Of a stretch of DNA of 64,000 bases, positions 36,901 through 44,655 are shown piece after piece (the stretch's first letter is position 1; every line of letters starts with the position of its first letter). The notes below the pieces were generated by a model that saw only the letters and a program-made list of their open reading frames with translations, was not told the DNA's origin and searched no databases. The position numbers and the translations under genes were made by a program. The DNA is from an uncultured bacterium (GTDB lineage Bacteria > Oederibacteriota > Muellerivitia > Muellerivitales > Muellerivitaceae). The stretch is taken from assembly GCA_964525605.1 (NCBI GenBank), contig CAZGKT010000012.1, positions 7,771 to 71,770 on the forward strand, given 5' to 3'.

Positions 36901-39863
36901 TCGCAAACCGAATCCTTTTTTCCGACCCCCTCATGCGCCCCACGAGCGAGATCTTGAAAAAGAACCGCATGAACGTGACGGGCCTCTGGTCCCGCGGCAT
37001 CTCGGGCGACCTGCCCATTCTTTTGGTCCGGGTGGACGACCTGGAAGACCAGGCCCTGATCCGCCAGCTTTTGCGCGCCCACGAATACTGGCGCATGAAA
37101 CGGCTATCGATGGATATCGTGCTGCTGAACGAGAAGGGGCCTTCTTACGTGCAAGATTTACAGACAGCCCTGGAAGGCATGGTGCGGGGCAGTGAAGCGA
37201 CATCCCTCGGCAACCCCGACCTGCCTCCCGGGCGCATTTTCGTCTTGCGCGACGACCTGCTGGACGTGCGGGAAAAGAACCTTTTGCTGGCCGTAGCCCG
37301 GGCCATCCTCAACAGCCGCCAGGGCACCCTCGCCGAGCAGGTGATGCGGGTACGAAAATTCGACAGTTTCAAGTACGTTCCCGCGAAGAAAATGGAAGAG
37401 ACGGAAAAATTCCGCCTCGCGGAAAGGGTCGAGCCCCCGGTTTCGCTTTTTCCCCTGGACTTCTTCAACGGCATCGGCGGCTTCACCCCCGATGGGCGGG
37501 AATACGCCATCGTGCTGGAAAAGGGCCAACGCACCCCCGCCCCCTGGATCAACGTGATCTCCAATGGCGAATTCGGGTTTCAGGTTTCCGAATCGGGCGC
37601 GGGCTACACCTGGGCCTTGAACAGCCGGGAAAACCAGATTTCCCCCTGGTCCAACGACCCCGTGATAGACCCTCCCGGCGAGGCCTTTTATATCCAAGAC
37701 TCGGAGGATCTCTGGTCCCCCACCGCCTCCCCCATCAGGCTGGAAGATGCCACCTATACCGCCCGGCACGGAGCGGGTTACAGCGTTTTTGGCAACGAAT
37801 CCAACGGTATCCGAAGCACCCTCACCCAGTTCGTGGACGCCAAAGAACCGGTCAAGATTTCCCGGTTAGTCCTGCAAAACCGATCCCACCGCTCGAGGGA
37901 GCTTTCCATCACCGGTTACGTGGAATGGGTGCTCGGTTTTAACCGCACCCAAACCTCGCATTCTCTCGTGACCGAAATGGACGCCGAAACCGGCGCGCTT
38001 TTCGCCATGAACCCGCTCAACCCAGTTTACGGAAGCCGGGTTTCATTTTTCGACCTCAAGGGCACCCAGACCGCCTTCACCTCTGACCGGTCCGAATTTA
38101 TCGGAAGAAACGGAACACTGGAACGCCCCGCCGGGCTTTTGCGGAAGGAACCCTTAAGCGGCACCACCGGAGCCGGGTTTGATCCCTGCGGGGTTTTGCA
38201 GGCCCCCCTCACCCTGGCTCCGGGCGAGAAAAAGGAACTGGTGTTTCTTTTAGGGCAGGCCGAAAGCCAGGACCAGGCCCGCCGCTTGGTAAAAACCTTC
38301 AGGCAGAGGGGCGTGGAGGAGAGCCTACAGGCCGTTAACCAATTCTGGGATAACTTTTTGGGCAAGATCCAGGTGCAAACCCCCGACCCCGCGATGGACC
38401 TCATGCTCAACCGCTGGCTTCAAACCCAAACCCTGGCCTGCCGGTTTTGGGCCCGCTCGGCCTTTTACCAGGCCGGAGGCGCCTATGGCTTTAGGGACCA
38501 ACTTCAGGATGTGATGGCCATCGTGACGACCGACCCCACCCTGGCCCGGTCGCATATCCTGGTGGCCGCCGGCCGGCAGTTCCCCGAAGGCGATGTCCAG
38601 CATTGGTGGCACCCCTTGTCCGGGCGGGGGGTGAGGTCCCGCGTTTCGGATGACCGCCTCTGGCTTCCCTATGTGGTGCTCCATTACCTGAAGGTGACGG
38701 AGGATCAGGCCCTGCTGGAAGAACTGGTTCCCTTCCTTCAAGCCCCGCTTCTTCGCCCCGACCAGGAAGATTCCTATTTCGAACCCACGGTTTCCCGCGA
38801 ACCTGCCCTGGACCTTTACGAACATTGCGCGAGAGCGGTCGATATCAGCCTTCAAACCGGTGTCCACGGCCTGCCCCTGATGGGAAGTGGGGATTGGAAT
38901 GACGGCATGAACCGAGTCGGCCATGAGGGAAAGGGTGAAAGTGTTTGGCTGGCCTGGTTTCTCCATGAAATCCTGACAGAAATGGCCCCAGTCGCCCAGT
39001 CGAAGGGCGATGAAAAGCGGGCGAAAACTTGGGCCGAACACGCTGACAAGCTCAAACAGGCCCTGGAAACGAACGCCTGGGACGGGACCTGGTACCGCCG
39101 GGCCTTTTTCGACGACGGTTCCCCCCTGGGGTCCAGGGAAAACACCGAATGCCAGATCGATTCCATCGCCCAGAGCTGGGCGGTATTATCCGGCGCCGCG
39201 GACCCGGCCCGAGCGCTCCAGGCCATGAAATCCGTGGAAGAGCGCCTCATCCTCAAGGACGATGACCTGGTTTTGATCTTCACCCCGCCCTTCGACCAAA
39301 CACCGAAAGACCCCGGCTATATCAAGGGTTATCTGCCCGGCGTGAGAGAAAATGGGGGCCAATACACCCACGCCGCCGTCTGGTGTCTCTTGGCCTACGC
39401 GAAGATGGGAATGGGCAAGCAGGCCTTCGAGTTGTTTTCGATGTTGAACCCTATCAACCACGCCCTGACCCGAACCCATGTGGCGACCTACAAAACCGAA
39501 CCCTATGTGATGGTGGCGGATATTTACGGCAAAGCCCCCCACGTGGGCCGGGGCGGCTGGACCTGGTACACCGGTTCGGCCGGGTGGATGTATAGGGCCG
39601 GAGTCGAATTTATCTTGGGAATACAGCAGAGAGGCAAAAAACTACATTTCGATCCATGCATACCGAAGGAATGGTCTGGATTTAAGGTTACTTATCAGAA
39701 TCTAAGTAGTGTTTATGACATTCAATTCGAAAACCCTAATCATGTTTCCAAAGGGGTTCAACGTATTGAATGTGATGGAGTTGTTGTTCAGACGAAGGAT
39801 GCGGCGATCGACTTGAAGGATGATCGGAAGACCCATTTCGTGAAAGTTATTTTAGGCCCGTAA
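30957..39863 (+). CDS. ndvB: Cyclic beta-1,2-glucan synthase (GT84 glycosyltransferase + GH94 phosphorylase-like domain), 2968 aa
   Basis: Multi-TM N-region. GT84 core with YVITLDADTKL (DxD). NHRWIRGDWQLLPWI. C-terminal GH94 blocks GFRDQLQD, WTWYTGSAGWMYRAG. Overall size and order as NdvB/ChvB/Cgs. Last ~85 codons (from ~39605) are visibly AT-richer than the rest. Confidence 0.9.
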   Translation: MKHGLFLALVHRVKPPQIIRKLANLRRHFPFRFPASFLVSRPTEAPIRSELFSTERFDQHARSLAAAQTLTDDPKAGAQLFPRLRENENILGEAFRYLTGEVQKKKPINPAGEWLLDSYYVVEEQLRDIKRFLPHDFYNELPKLSDGFLKGYPRVYGLAWAYVAHTDSRFDPESLIHFVRSYQQVEPLTIGELWALAITLRVVMVDNLRRIAVYLVTSQEARQDADAFVDELLGLIEESSLSSRPTAAKLQRQSVHPAYLVQLIQRLRYQDPRGTPAVDWLNEKLAFEKTTAEEMVTSVHSLQAANNSTVRNIITSFRNMTTFDWQDFFESVSLVQEILARHPLYSQMDFKTRNSYRTAVEELAKGSGKSELEIAQLALQRAAEGADHQGFSARMGDPGYSLFDEGRRAFEKKIGFQVPLKKRLRRFCTDYPALTYIGNILFMATVILWIAALMNPHLPQAERFLLLFLGLFPAGDLAVGWVNHFVTGMVPPRHLARLEFLAGPTPEFRTFVVVPTLLEKESNIPEQLEKLEVHYLSNADGEVYYALLTDFPDSSVEISPEDEKKLNLAVQLTAELNQRHGPAAGGASRFFLCHRKRLWNPLEGKWMGWERKRGKLHEFNRLLRGAQDTSFLRPDGSVLTVPSGVRYVITLDADTKLSPGVVNHLVGILAHPLNQARLDPVRQKVVEGYGILQPRVTAFLPAQDEKSIFQKLFSGDCCIDPYASAVSDVYQDLFGEGSFTGKGIYDVDAVEQSLKGRISENRLLSHDLFEGCFARCGYASDLEFFEEFPSHAETSTLRNHRWIRGDWQLLPWIFGREGNSLSTLSRWKMADNLRRSLSPIGTVCLLIGAFCLPQVYQPGWVGLALLGIALPSYIPFFKDLVLWRRPLHWRDHLGEITRDFVLGSGQFLVNLVLVAHRAWMHLDAILRTLWRLFVSHRNLLEWVTAAQANSNSALSLSHFLRRMKGSIFIACFAAALTALFNPASLPLCLPFVLLWLCAPWFAQAISTPEPKRESLPLTADETSELRLHARRVWAFFSHFAVKEDHFLPPDNFQEDPLPVVAHRGSPTNFGLYLLSVVTAHDFGWIGLTEMTRKLEAALKSLKDMQRFRGHFYNWIDTQTLLPLEPRYISSVDSGNLAGHLLTLSQSCRDLAHQPLFPDSIIEGIQDTVSLLKKSAQALPLHAFSSATPLSQLQKEIANFDSQLIREEHSRTHSEWASYWTQLSLQAETLKDAAHAFSAGQRGEEIFEMTAWADRVADDVQSHTQDFQHFFPWALGRSALDHSNLPTLEADSPVIREFQSSLGKLLSSGMTPAEVPGLCEQALASIEAKRQVRDSPPLSESEELYFDQVGAALTLAAQNGREILRRLEEVATDSRTIFNEMDFSFLLNPQKKLFSIGYRIADSRSADGHSTDGQLEEGCYDLLASEARLTSYVAIIKKDVPVSHWFRLGRGLVADEGKAMLMSWAGSMFEYLMPSLVMTTPGGSLLDQTCRRVVERQMDYGNLRGSPWGVSEAGYNARDLDLNYQYSTFGVPGLGLKRGLAKDLVIAPYATALAAMLEPRKALFNFQKLEQLGARGLYGFYESLDYTPTRLRENEKFALVKSYMAHHQGMSLIAFSNVVNSGLMRRRFHMDPLVQAGELLLQEKTPRNLGAARDQKEEVEIQVIQVPIPSILRDIRSLHHAVPSSHLLSNGRYAVMITAAGSGYSRWKNRAVTRWREDVTRDPYGSFLYLRDLKSGGVWSAAYQPVLTEPLQYHVLFSEDRAKISRVDHGISTDLEILVSAEDDAELRRLTLTNPGGVEREIEVTSYSEVVLTDPAADLAHPAFSNLFIETRFIPGLAALTARRRPRSSGEEPVFMAQVLSVGSETFGEIEYETDRAKFIGRGRTPRTASSVLDGLPLSLSTGAVLDPILSLRVKVRLAPGTSAQVCFTTLVTGSETEMLSMAEKYHNSSAFERSSALVWTQSTAKLHHLGIELEEAQLFQKLANRILFSDPLMRPTSEILKKNRMNVTGLWSRGISGDLPILLVRVDDLEDQALIRQLLRAHEYWRMKRLSMDIVLLNEKGPSYVQDLQTALEGMVRGSEATSLGNPDLPPGRIFVLRDDLLDVREKNLLLAVARAILNSRQGTLAEQVMRVRKFDSFKYVPAKKMEETEKFRLAERVEPPVSLFPLDFFNGIGGFTPDGREYAIVLEKGQRTPAPWINVISNGEFGFQVSESGAGYTWALNSRENQISPWSNDPVIDPPGEAFYIQDSEDLWSPTASPIRLEDATYTARHGAGYSVFGNESNGIRSTLTQFVDAKEPVKISRLVLQNRSHRSRELSITGYVEWVLGFNRTQTSHSLVTEMDAETGALFAMNPLNPVYGSRVSFFDLKGTQTAFTSDRSEFIGRNGTLERPAGLLRKEPLSGTTGAGFDPCGVLQAPLTLAPGEKKELVFLLGQAESQDQARRLVKTFRQRGVEESLQAVNQFWDNFLGKIQVQTPDPAMDLMLNRWLQTQTLACRFWARSAFYQAGGAYGFRDQLQDVMAIVTTDPTLARSHILVAAGRQFPEGDVQHWWHPLSGRGVRSRVSDDRLWLPYVVLHYLKVTEDQALLEELVPFLQAPLLRPDQEDSYFEPTVSREPALDLYEHCARAVDISLQTGVHGLPLMGSGDWNDGMNRVGHEGKGESVWLAWFLHEILTEMAPVAQSKGDEKRAKTWAEHADKLKQALETNAWDGTWYRRAFFDDGSPLGSRENTECQIDSIAQSWAVLSGAADPARALQAMKSVEERLILKDDDLVLIFTPPFDQTPKDPGYIKGYLPGVRENGGQYTHAAVWCLLAYAKMGMGKQAFELFSMLNPINHALTRTHVATYKTEPYVMVADIYGKAPHVGRGGWTWYTGSAGWMYRAGVEFILGIQQRGKKLHFDPCIPKEWSGFKVTYQNLSSVYDIQFENPNHVSKGVQRIECDGVVVQTKDAAIDLKDDRKTHFVKVILGP

Positions 39864-39890
39864 AACCAATGTTTTACAAAGTGGATCGAA
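39790..39890. repeat. ~100-bp segment (cgs 3' end + 25 nt downstream) duplicated at ~60985..61085
   Basis: ...acgaaggatgcggcgatcgacttgaaggatgatcggaagacccatttcgtgaaagttattttaggcccgtaa...tttacaaagtggat vs ...atgaaggatgcgacgattgaattgaagaatgaccagaagaccaaattcttgaaagtcatcttaggcttataa...ttcacaaagtggat (~75% identity). Confidence 0.7.
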
Positions 39891-40084
39891 TCAGCCAAAA
39901 TTCTAAAATTAACCCCGAATCGCTAGCGAAGATCCCTGAAAAACATATCCAACGGCCATGGACTCTCCATCAAAAACGGGGTTATCTTTGGAACATCGGC
40001 CCCAAAAACCTGACTGCAAGCTAGCTATCCACGGCGCATAGCCCAGTTCAAATATACACAAACCAAGCTTATACTCATCCCGGC

Positions 40085-40678
40085 ATGACCGGGACTGGCA
40101 TAAGGAGCCGTGGTTTGTTCACTAAATACAAAGCCATTCAAAAACCCTGGATGGATGAAAAAGAAATTGCTCTCATTCGGAAGTACCTGCAACCCGGGCA
40201 CATCATGTTGGAATGGGGAAGCGGGGGAAGCACCTTCTATTTCTCCCAATTCGTCCAAAAATATTACAGTATCGAATCCGATCAAAAATGGGGAAAAATC
40301 ATCAGGCGCCGGGTTTTGTGGAGTGAGTTTTGGGTGAAAGTCCTCCGGGGACGGAAAGAACCCAAGATTATCTATCACCCGGTCAAGATGCCTGTCCGGC
40401 CCAGGACGATTCCCACCAGATATGAAGACTATCGGGATTTTATTGAGCGGGTCGATCACTTGGGGGTGAAACGGTTCGATGTGGTTTTAATCGACGGGCG
40501 GGGACGGGACCATTGCGCGAAAAAAATTCTCGACTACATCGATGAAAAATCCGTCGTTTTTATCCACGATTACTTCATGCCGGGCCGGGAATATTATTCG
40601 GAGGTTCTGCAGTGGTATGACATCTTGGAAGCCGTTACGGATACTCCCCAGACTTTGGTGGCCTTGCGCAAAAAATAA
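40085..40678 (+). CDS. Small Rossmann-fold SAM-dependent methyltransferase-like protein
   Basis: HIMLEWGSGGSTFYF (motif I-like E-x-G-x-G-G-S-T), acidic SIESD (motif II-like), VVLIDGRG. Sits in the lower-GC stretch directly after cgs. Alternative start at 40151. Confidence 0.5.
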   Translation: MTGTGIRSRGLFTKYKAIQKPWMDEKEIALIRKYLQPGHIMLEWGSGGSTFYFSQFVQKYYSIESDQKWGKIIRRRVLWSEFWVKVLRGRKEPKIIYHPVKMPVRPRTIPTRYEDYRDFIERVDHLGVKRFDVVLIDGRGRDHCAKKILDYIDEKSVVFIHDYFMPGREYYSEVLQWYDILEAVTDTPQTLVALRKK

Positions 40679-40786
40679 ACTTGGGAAGGATGCGGCTCCC
40701 AAACCGGATCGGGGCGTGGTGTCTGATCCCCTTTTCCGCGCCTTTTCCCCTTTGAGGCCCGTTCCCGGCTCTTATACTGTCCCTCT

Positions 40787-41716
40787 ATGAAAAAGCTCTC
40801 CTGGCTCATCCTGGTTGTCGTTGCGGCCGTTCCCTGCGCCTTATACGCCCAAACCGAACCAACTCCATCTTCTTCGGACTTGGCTCTCCCCGCCATGCCC
40901 CATCCCATCACACCCGTGCCCGAGATCGGCCGAATCTGGGCCCCTAGCCCGCCCCCTCAAGCAGAGGGCTTTGGTTTGGGTGCCCCCATTACGGAAAAAG
41001 GGTTGGAGGTCCCTAGCCCAACCCCACAGGTGGAGGTACCGGTTTTGTCCACGACATCCCCGAGCACTGTTTCATCAGCCCCGGACGTTTCCCCCACGGT
41101 CGCACCCACATTCGCGGGCGTGGTCCTGGCGATGGGAAAAACCACTCCCCGCCCGAAGGTGGAATTGGACACCACCCTGGGGGGCTTGGAGGGTTTTAAC
41201 GGTGAAAAAGGTCTGGGGTGGGGTGGCTCCATTGCCTGTTACGATCCGGTGTCACCCGACTTAGGGCTAGGGGGTTCCCTGGGCTTCTACGTCATGAACT
41301 CCCAGGTCGTTTCAGACAACACCTATACCACAGTTCCGCCCAGTGCCCCCTCGACCTCCCCGGGCCAGGAGGTCTTGGCCCAGACCAACACCCGATTCCA
41401 GATTTTGGGTTCGGCGAAAGTCACGATGAGCGGTTCGAACCTGCGGCCCTATCTATTGGCGGGGTTGGGGGTTGCCTTTATTTCCGATACAGGAAATGTC
41501 AGTGAGATCGTCTCGGGCAATACCGTCGCGTACCACACCCTCGCCGACAACACTCAAACCTGCGCGGTAGGCGAGGCCGGGGTGGGTTTGAAGATCCCTC
41601 TCGTTCAGGCGCTCGATCTAGCCTTGGAGGGAAAAGTCGACTTGCTCTATGACCCGAAGGGCGGAACGACTACCACCTATCTCCCCTTCCAGGCCGGGCT
41701 GGATTTCGGTTTATAA
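40787..41716 (+). CDS. Outer-membrane beta-barrel protein with Pro/Ser/Thr-rich N-terminal region
   Basis: Signal peptide MKKLSWLILVVVAAVPCALYA. Alternating amphipathic strands in C-terminal 180 aa ending ...LPFQAGLDFGL. Confidence 0.65.
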   Translation: MKKLSWLILVVVAAVPCALYAQTEPTPSSSDLALPAMPHPITPVPEIGRIWAPSPPPQAEGFGLGAPITEKGLEVPSPTPQVEVPVLSTTSPSTVSSAPDVSPTVAPTFAGVVLAMGKTTPRPKVELDTTLGGLEGFNGEKGLGWGGSIACYDPVSPDLGLGGSLGFYVMNSQVVSDNTYTTVPPSAPSTSPGQEVLAQTNTRFQILGSAKVTMSGSNLRPYLLAGLGVAFISDTGNVSEIVSGNTVAYHTLADNTQTCAVGEAGVGLKIPLVQALDLALEGKVDLLYDPKGGTTTTYLPFQAGLDFGL

Positions 41717-41984
41717 GGGAGTAGGGTTGATACCCGATGACCAACAGGTTCGACTAAATCGAACATAGGTCGATGTCAGCCAGTTTTATCGTTGAACTTG
41801 GGCAGATTTCCCCTTGAAAAATGAATTTATATAACCGCATGGGTAAACCTGTCGTAGTGTCCGGGGAACCGAGGCATGACCTGGAGCCCGGCCTCTTTTT
41901 GAAACCAGTGGTATTATTACAGTAATTCCCAATTACGCCGTTAGGTGAATGGGTTCGATCCTATATATGACTGGAGAATATGAC

Positions 41985-43304
41985 ATGAAAAAATCTTTCA
42001 GCTTCTTGGGCCTGGCTTTAGGAGCCCTAACCCTATCCCTGGTCTGCGGATGCAGTAACCACCTGACCACCGCAACCGTCACCAACCCATCCATTGCTCC
42101 CGTCAACATCGCCCCCAACGCCACACTTTATACGGCCGAAGAAGCGACGAACCAGACAGGGGCATCCCTCTATGGTTCCTGCGAAAGCCTCACTAGTTCG
42201 GGCAATATCTTCTTCTCTCCCTTCAGTATCACGACCTGCTTGGCCATGGCTCAGGAAGGCGCGGTCGGCAACACCCAGATTCAGATGCAAAATTTCTTGG
42301 GGCTCAACCCCACGACCTCAACCCGGCTCTCGAGTATGCAAACCCTGATCAATCAGATTAATGCCCCCGGCAAGTCCTACACCCTCGACACAGCCAATAA
42401 TATGTGGCTTCAGGTTGGTTTTCCCTTCCTTCCGGCTTATCTCAACACGGTTCAAACCTACTATGACGCGGGCGTCACGAACGTGGATTTCGTCAACCAG
42501 CCCGCCCAGGCCTTGCAGACGATCAACGGCGCGGTCTCGCAGGAAACCGACGGGTACATCCCGACCCTGTTTTCCGGCCTTCCCCCCAAAACCAAACTGG
42601 TTCTGACCAACGCCATTTATTTTAAGGGCGACTGGCAATTCCAGTTCCCCGTGTCGAATACGGCTCCCCAGACCTTCAATCTCACGACTACCACTTCCGA
42701 ACCGGTCAGCATGATGCACATGACCTTCAACGCCAACCTTGGCACCTTCAACGGGGCGGCCACCGTTTTGTCCATCCCCTACAGCAATTACCAGGCTTCG
42801 ATGTACGTTTTCCTGCCGCCACTCGGCAGCATGGCGGCCCTGGAAAGCCAAATGACCGGAGCTAACATCAACACCTGGCTGACGGCTAACGCTTCGACGA
42901 TGAACTCAACCACCGCCTATGGCCAGGTAATGCTGACCCTGCCCAGGTTCAGCTTCAAAACCAATTACGACCTGACCAGCGCTTTGACTGCCGACATGCC
43001 CCTGGCCTTTACCATCCCCGGGCCCACCACGCTGATAGGGGCCGATTTCTGGAATATCGACGGAACGAACAACTTGTACATCACCGAGGTGGTCCATCAA
43101 GCCTATGTGGACGTTTCGGAAACGGGCACGACCGCCGCCGCCGCGACCGGGGTCGCTTTGGGGTGCCCCAATTGCATGGTCGTATCGATGCCGATGATCA
43201 ATTCCTTCACCGCGGACCATCCCTTCATTTTCATGATCGTGGACAACGCCTCCAATACGGTGTTGTTCATGGGCCGAGTGAACGATCCGCTTTCCAGTAA
43301 TTAA
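41985..43304 (+). CDS. Serpin (serine protease inhibitor) lipoprotein
   Basis: Lipobox LSLVCGC. Serpin N-block NIFFSPFSITTCLAM. Hinge ETGTTAAAATG. C-terminal FTADHPFIFMIVDNASNTVLFMGRVNDP. GGAG RBS 10 nt upstream of ATG 41985. Confidence 0.85.
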   Translation: MKKSFSFLGLALGALTLSLVCGCSNHLTTATVTNPSIAPVNIAPNATLYTAEEATNQTGASLYGSCESLTSSGNIFFSPFSITTCLAMAQEGAVGNTQIQMQNFLGLNPTTSTRLSSMQTLINQINAPGKSYTLDTANNMWLQVGFPFLPAYLNTVQTYYDAGVTNVDFVNQPAQALQTINGAVSQETDGYIPTLFSGLPPKTKLVLTNAIYFKGDWQFQFPVSNTAPQTFNLTTTTSEPVSMMHMTFNANLGTFNGAATVLSIPYSNYQASMYVFLPPLGSMAALESQMTGANINTWLTANASTMNSTTAYGQVMLTLPRFSFKTNYDLTSALTADMPLAFTIPGPTTLIGADFWNIDGTNNLYITEVVHQAYVDVSETGTTAAAATGVALGCPNCMVVSMPMINSFTADHPFIFMIVDNASNTVLFMGRVNDPLSSN

Positions 43305-43344
43305 CGGTTGTAGGAAGTTATAAAAGAATAGGTTCAGGTGGGAT

Positions 43345-43362
43345 GGGGTCAGGGTTGACCCC
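43345..43362 (+). terminator. Possible terminator hairpin after serpin
   Basis: GGGGTCA-gggt-TGACCCC 7-bp stem 40 nt after the serpin stop; followed by AT-rich but not a clean T-run. Confidence 0.2.
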
Positions 43363-44064
43363 GTTCAAGGGCATTATTTCGGTTACTCGGCAAACCAACC
43401 CGACTTCATTTAACACAATCCCAAATTATTCTTCTGAATGATTTAGAAGACTAGGCGCGATCGAAATCAAATCTAAATAACACAAGGCCAAAACAACTCC
43501 CGATATGTTCTTTAATACGGGATTAGGATTTCACCACAAATACCTTGATCGGCCTCGATCGCGCAGGAGTCCTATTACCCTAATCCACAATGAATAATGA
43601 TTTGGAGGAGTCTTTTATTCCAAAAAAAATGGACCATCCAAATAAATAAACCGGCTGACAGTTTCCCCTTGATCGGATTGGGGAATCGGGAAGGTTCCGG
43701 CGGGGGCATAGGCTTGGCGAGAGGCGGGTGTCCCTTTTTAAGAAGTCTTAACGGTTAGAGCCGTAAGAGGAACGAGTGCAAGGTCAGACCTCACCCCACA
43801 CAAAGGCCCGGAAAATTTCGGAAGTAACCCCGCGATATATCAGCGCAATATTAGCATTTTCGAAACCTGCCGACCTTGCGGCGATTCCATGACCAGGTAA
43901 TAGAGCCCGTCCGCTTTTTCGACTAGCCTCGGACAAGCCATGGCTAACAGGACTAAAATCAGCTTCTCCACCCCGCCCGTTGATACCCTTTCCCGATTAA
44001 AAAAAATATAATTGATGGATCTACCGCGCAAGAAATTAAAACCTGATATCGCCAGGAGTAACTT

Positions 44065-44601
44065 ATGCCGAAAAAAATTATCTGTTCCAAATGCGGGGCT
44101 GTACTGCCCCCCTTCGCCACGACGGAAAACCCTAAACGCATCTATAAAATATGTGCCGAGTGCGAGGCCGATTTAACCCGTCAAATCAAGGGTCCGGCAG
44201 TGGAAAAATACCTCGATACGCTGGGTACCCCGGCCCTCGTAGTCAACCGGGATCTGCGCGTGATCGCCTTCAATCAAAATTGTTTACGAGATTTATGCGG
44301 CAATGAACCCAAACCCACCGGCCTGCTCGCCGGGGAATTTTTGGAATGCCATAACGCTTCCCTGCCCGAACGATGCGGGGCCACCCCGGCTTGCCTGGAC
44401 TGCGCCATCCGCCGTACCGCGATCGACACCCTGAGGACGAAGGAATCCCAAAAATACGTCCCCGCCCTCATCCCCGGGAAGGACGGAAACCGAATGGTCC
44501 GAAGGGAATTTTTAATTTCCACGGATAAACTGGGAGACATGGTTCAGATCACCATCGAAAAATTGGTTACTGTTCTGTTGCCCCCCGCCTCGGAAAACTG
44601 A
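44065..44601 (+). CDS. Cys-rich small protein: N-terminal zinc-ribbon (CxxC...CxxC) + PAS-like region with second Cys cluster
   Basis: CSKCG...CAEC, then NRDLRVIAFNQNCLRDL (PAS-like), then ECHNASLPERCGATPACLDC. AGGAG 9 nt upstream. Confidence 0.55.
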   Translation: MPKKIICSKCGAVLPPFATTENPKRIYKICAECEADLTRQIKGPAVEKYLDTLGTPALVVNRDLRVIAFNQNCLRDLCGNEPKPTGLLAGEFLECHNASLPERCGATPACLDCAIRRTAIDTLRTKESQKYVPALIPGKDGNRMVRREFLISTDKLGDMVQITIEKLVTVLLPPASEN

Positions 44602-44655
44602 ATCAAAAGTCAAAAGAGCGTCACCCCCTTTTAATTTGCTGATCAAAAAAAAGAA

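Noticed and set aside
43305-44064. 760-bp gene-poor stretch checked for tRNA/tmRNA/CRISPR repeats
   Set aside because: It has only an imperfect 9-bp stem (gggattagg...cctaatcc) with a ~50-nt loop. It has no repeat-spacer periodicity and no tRNA cloverleaf.
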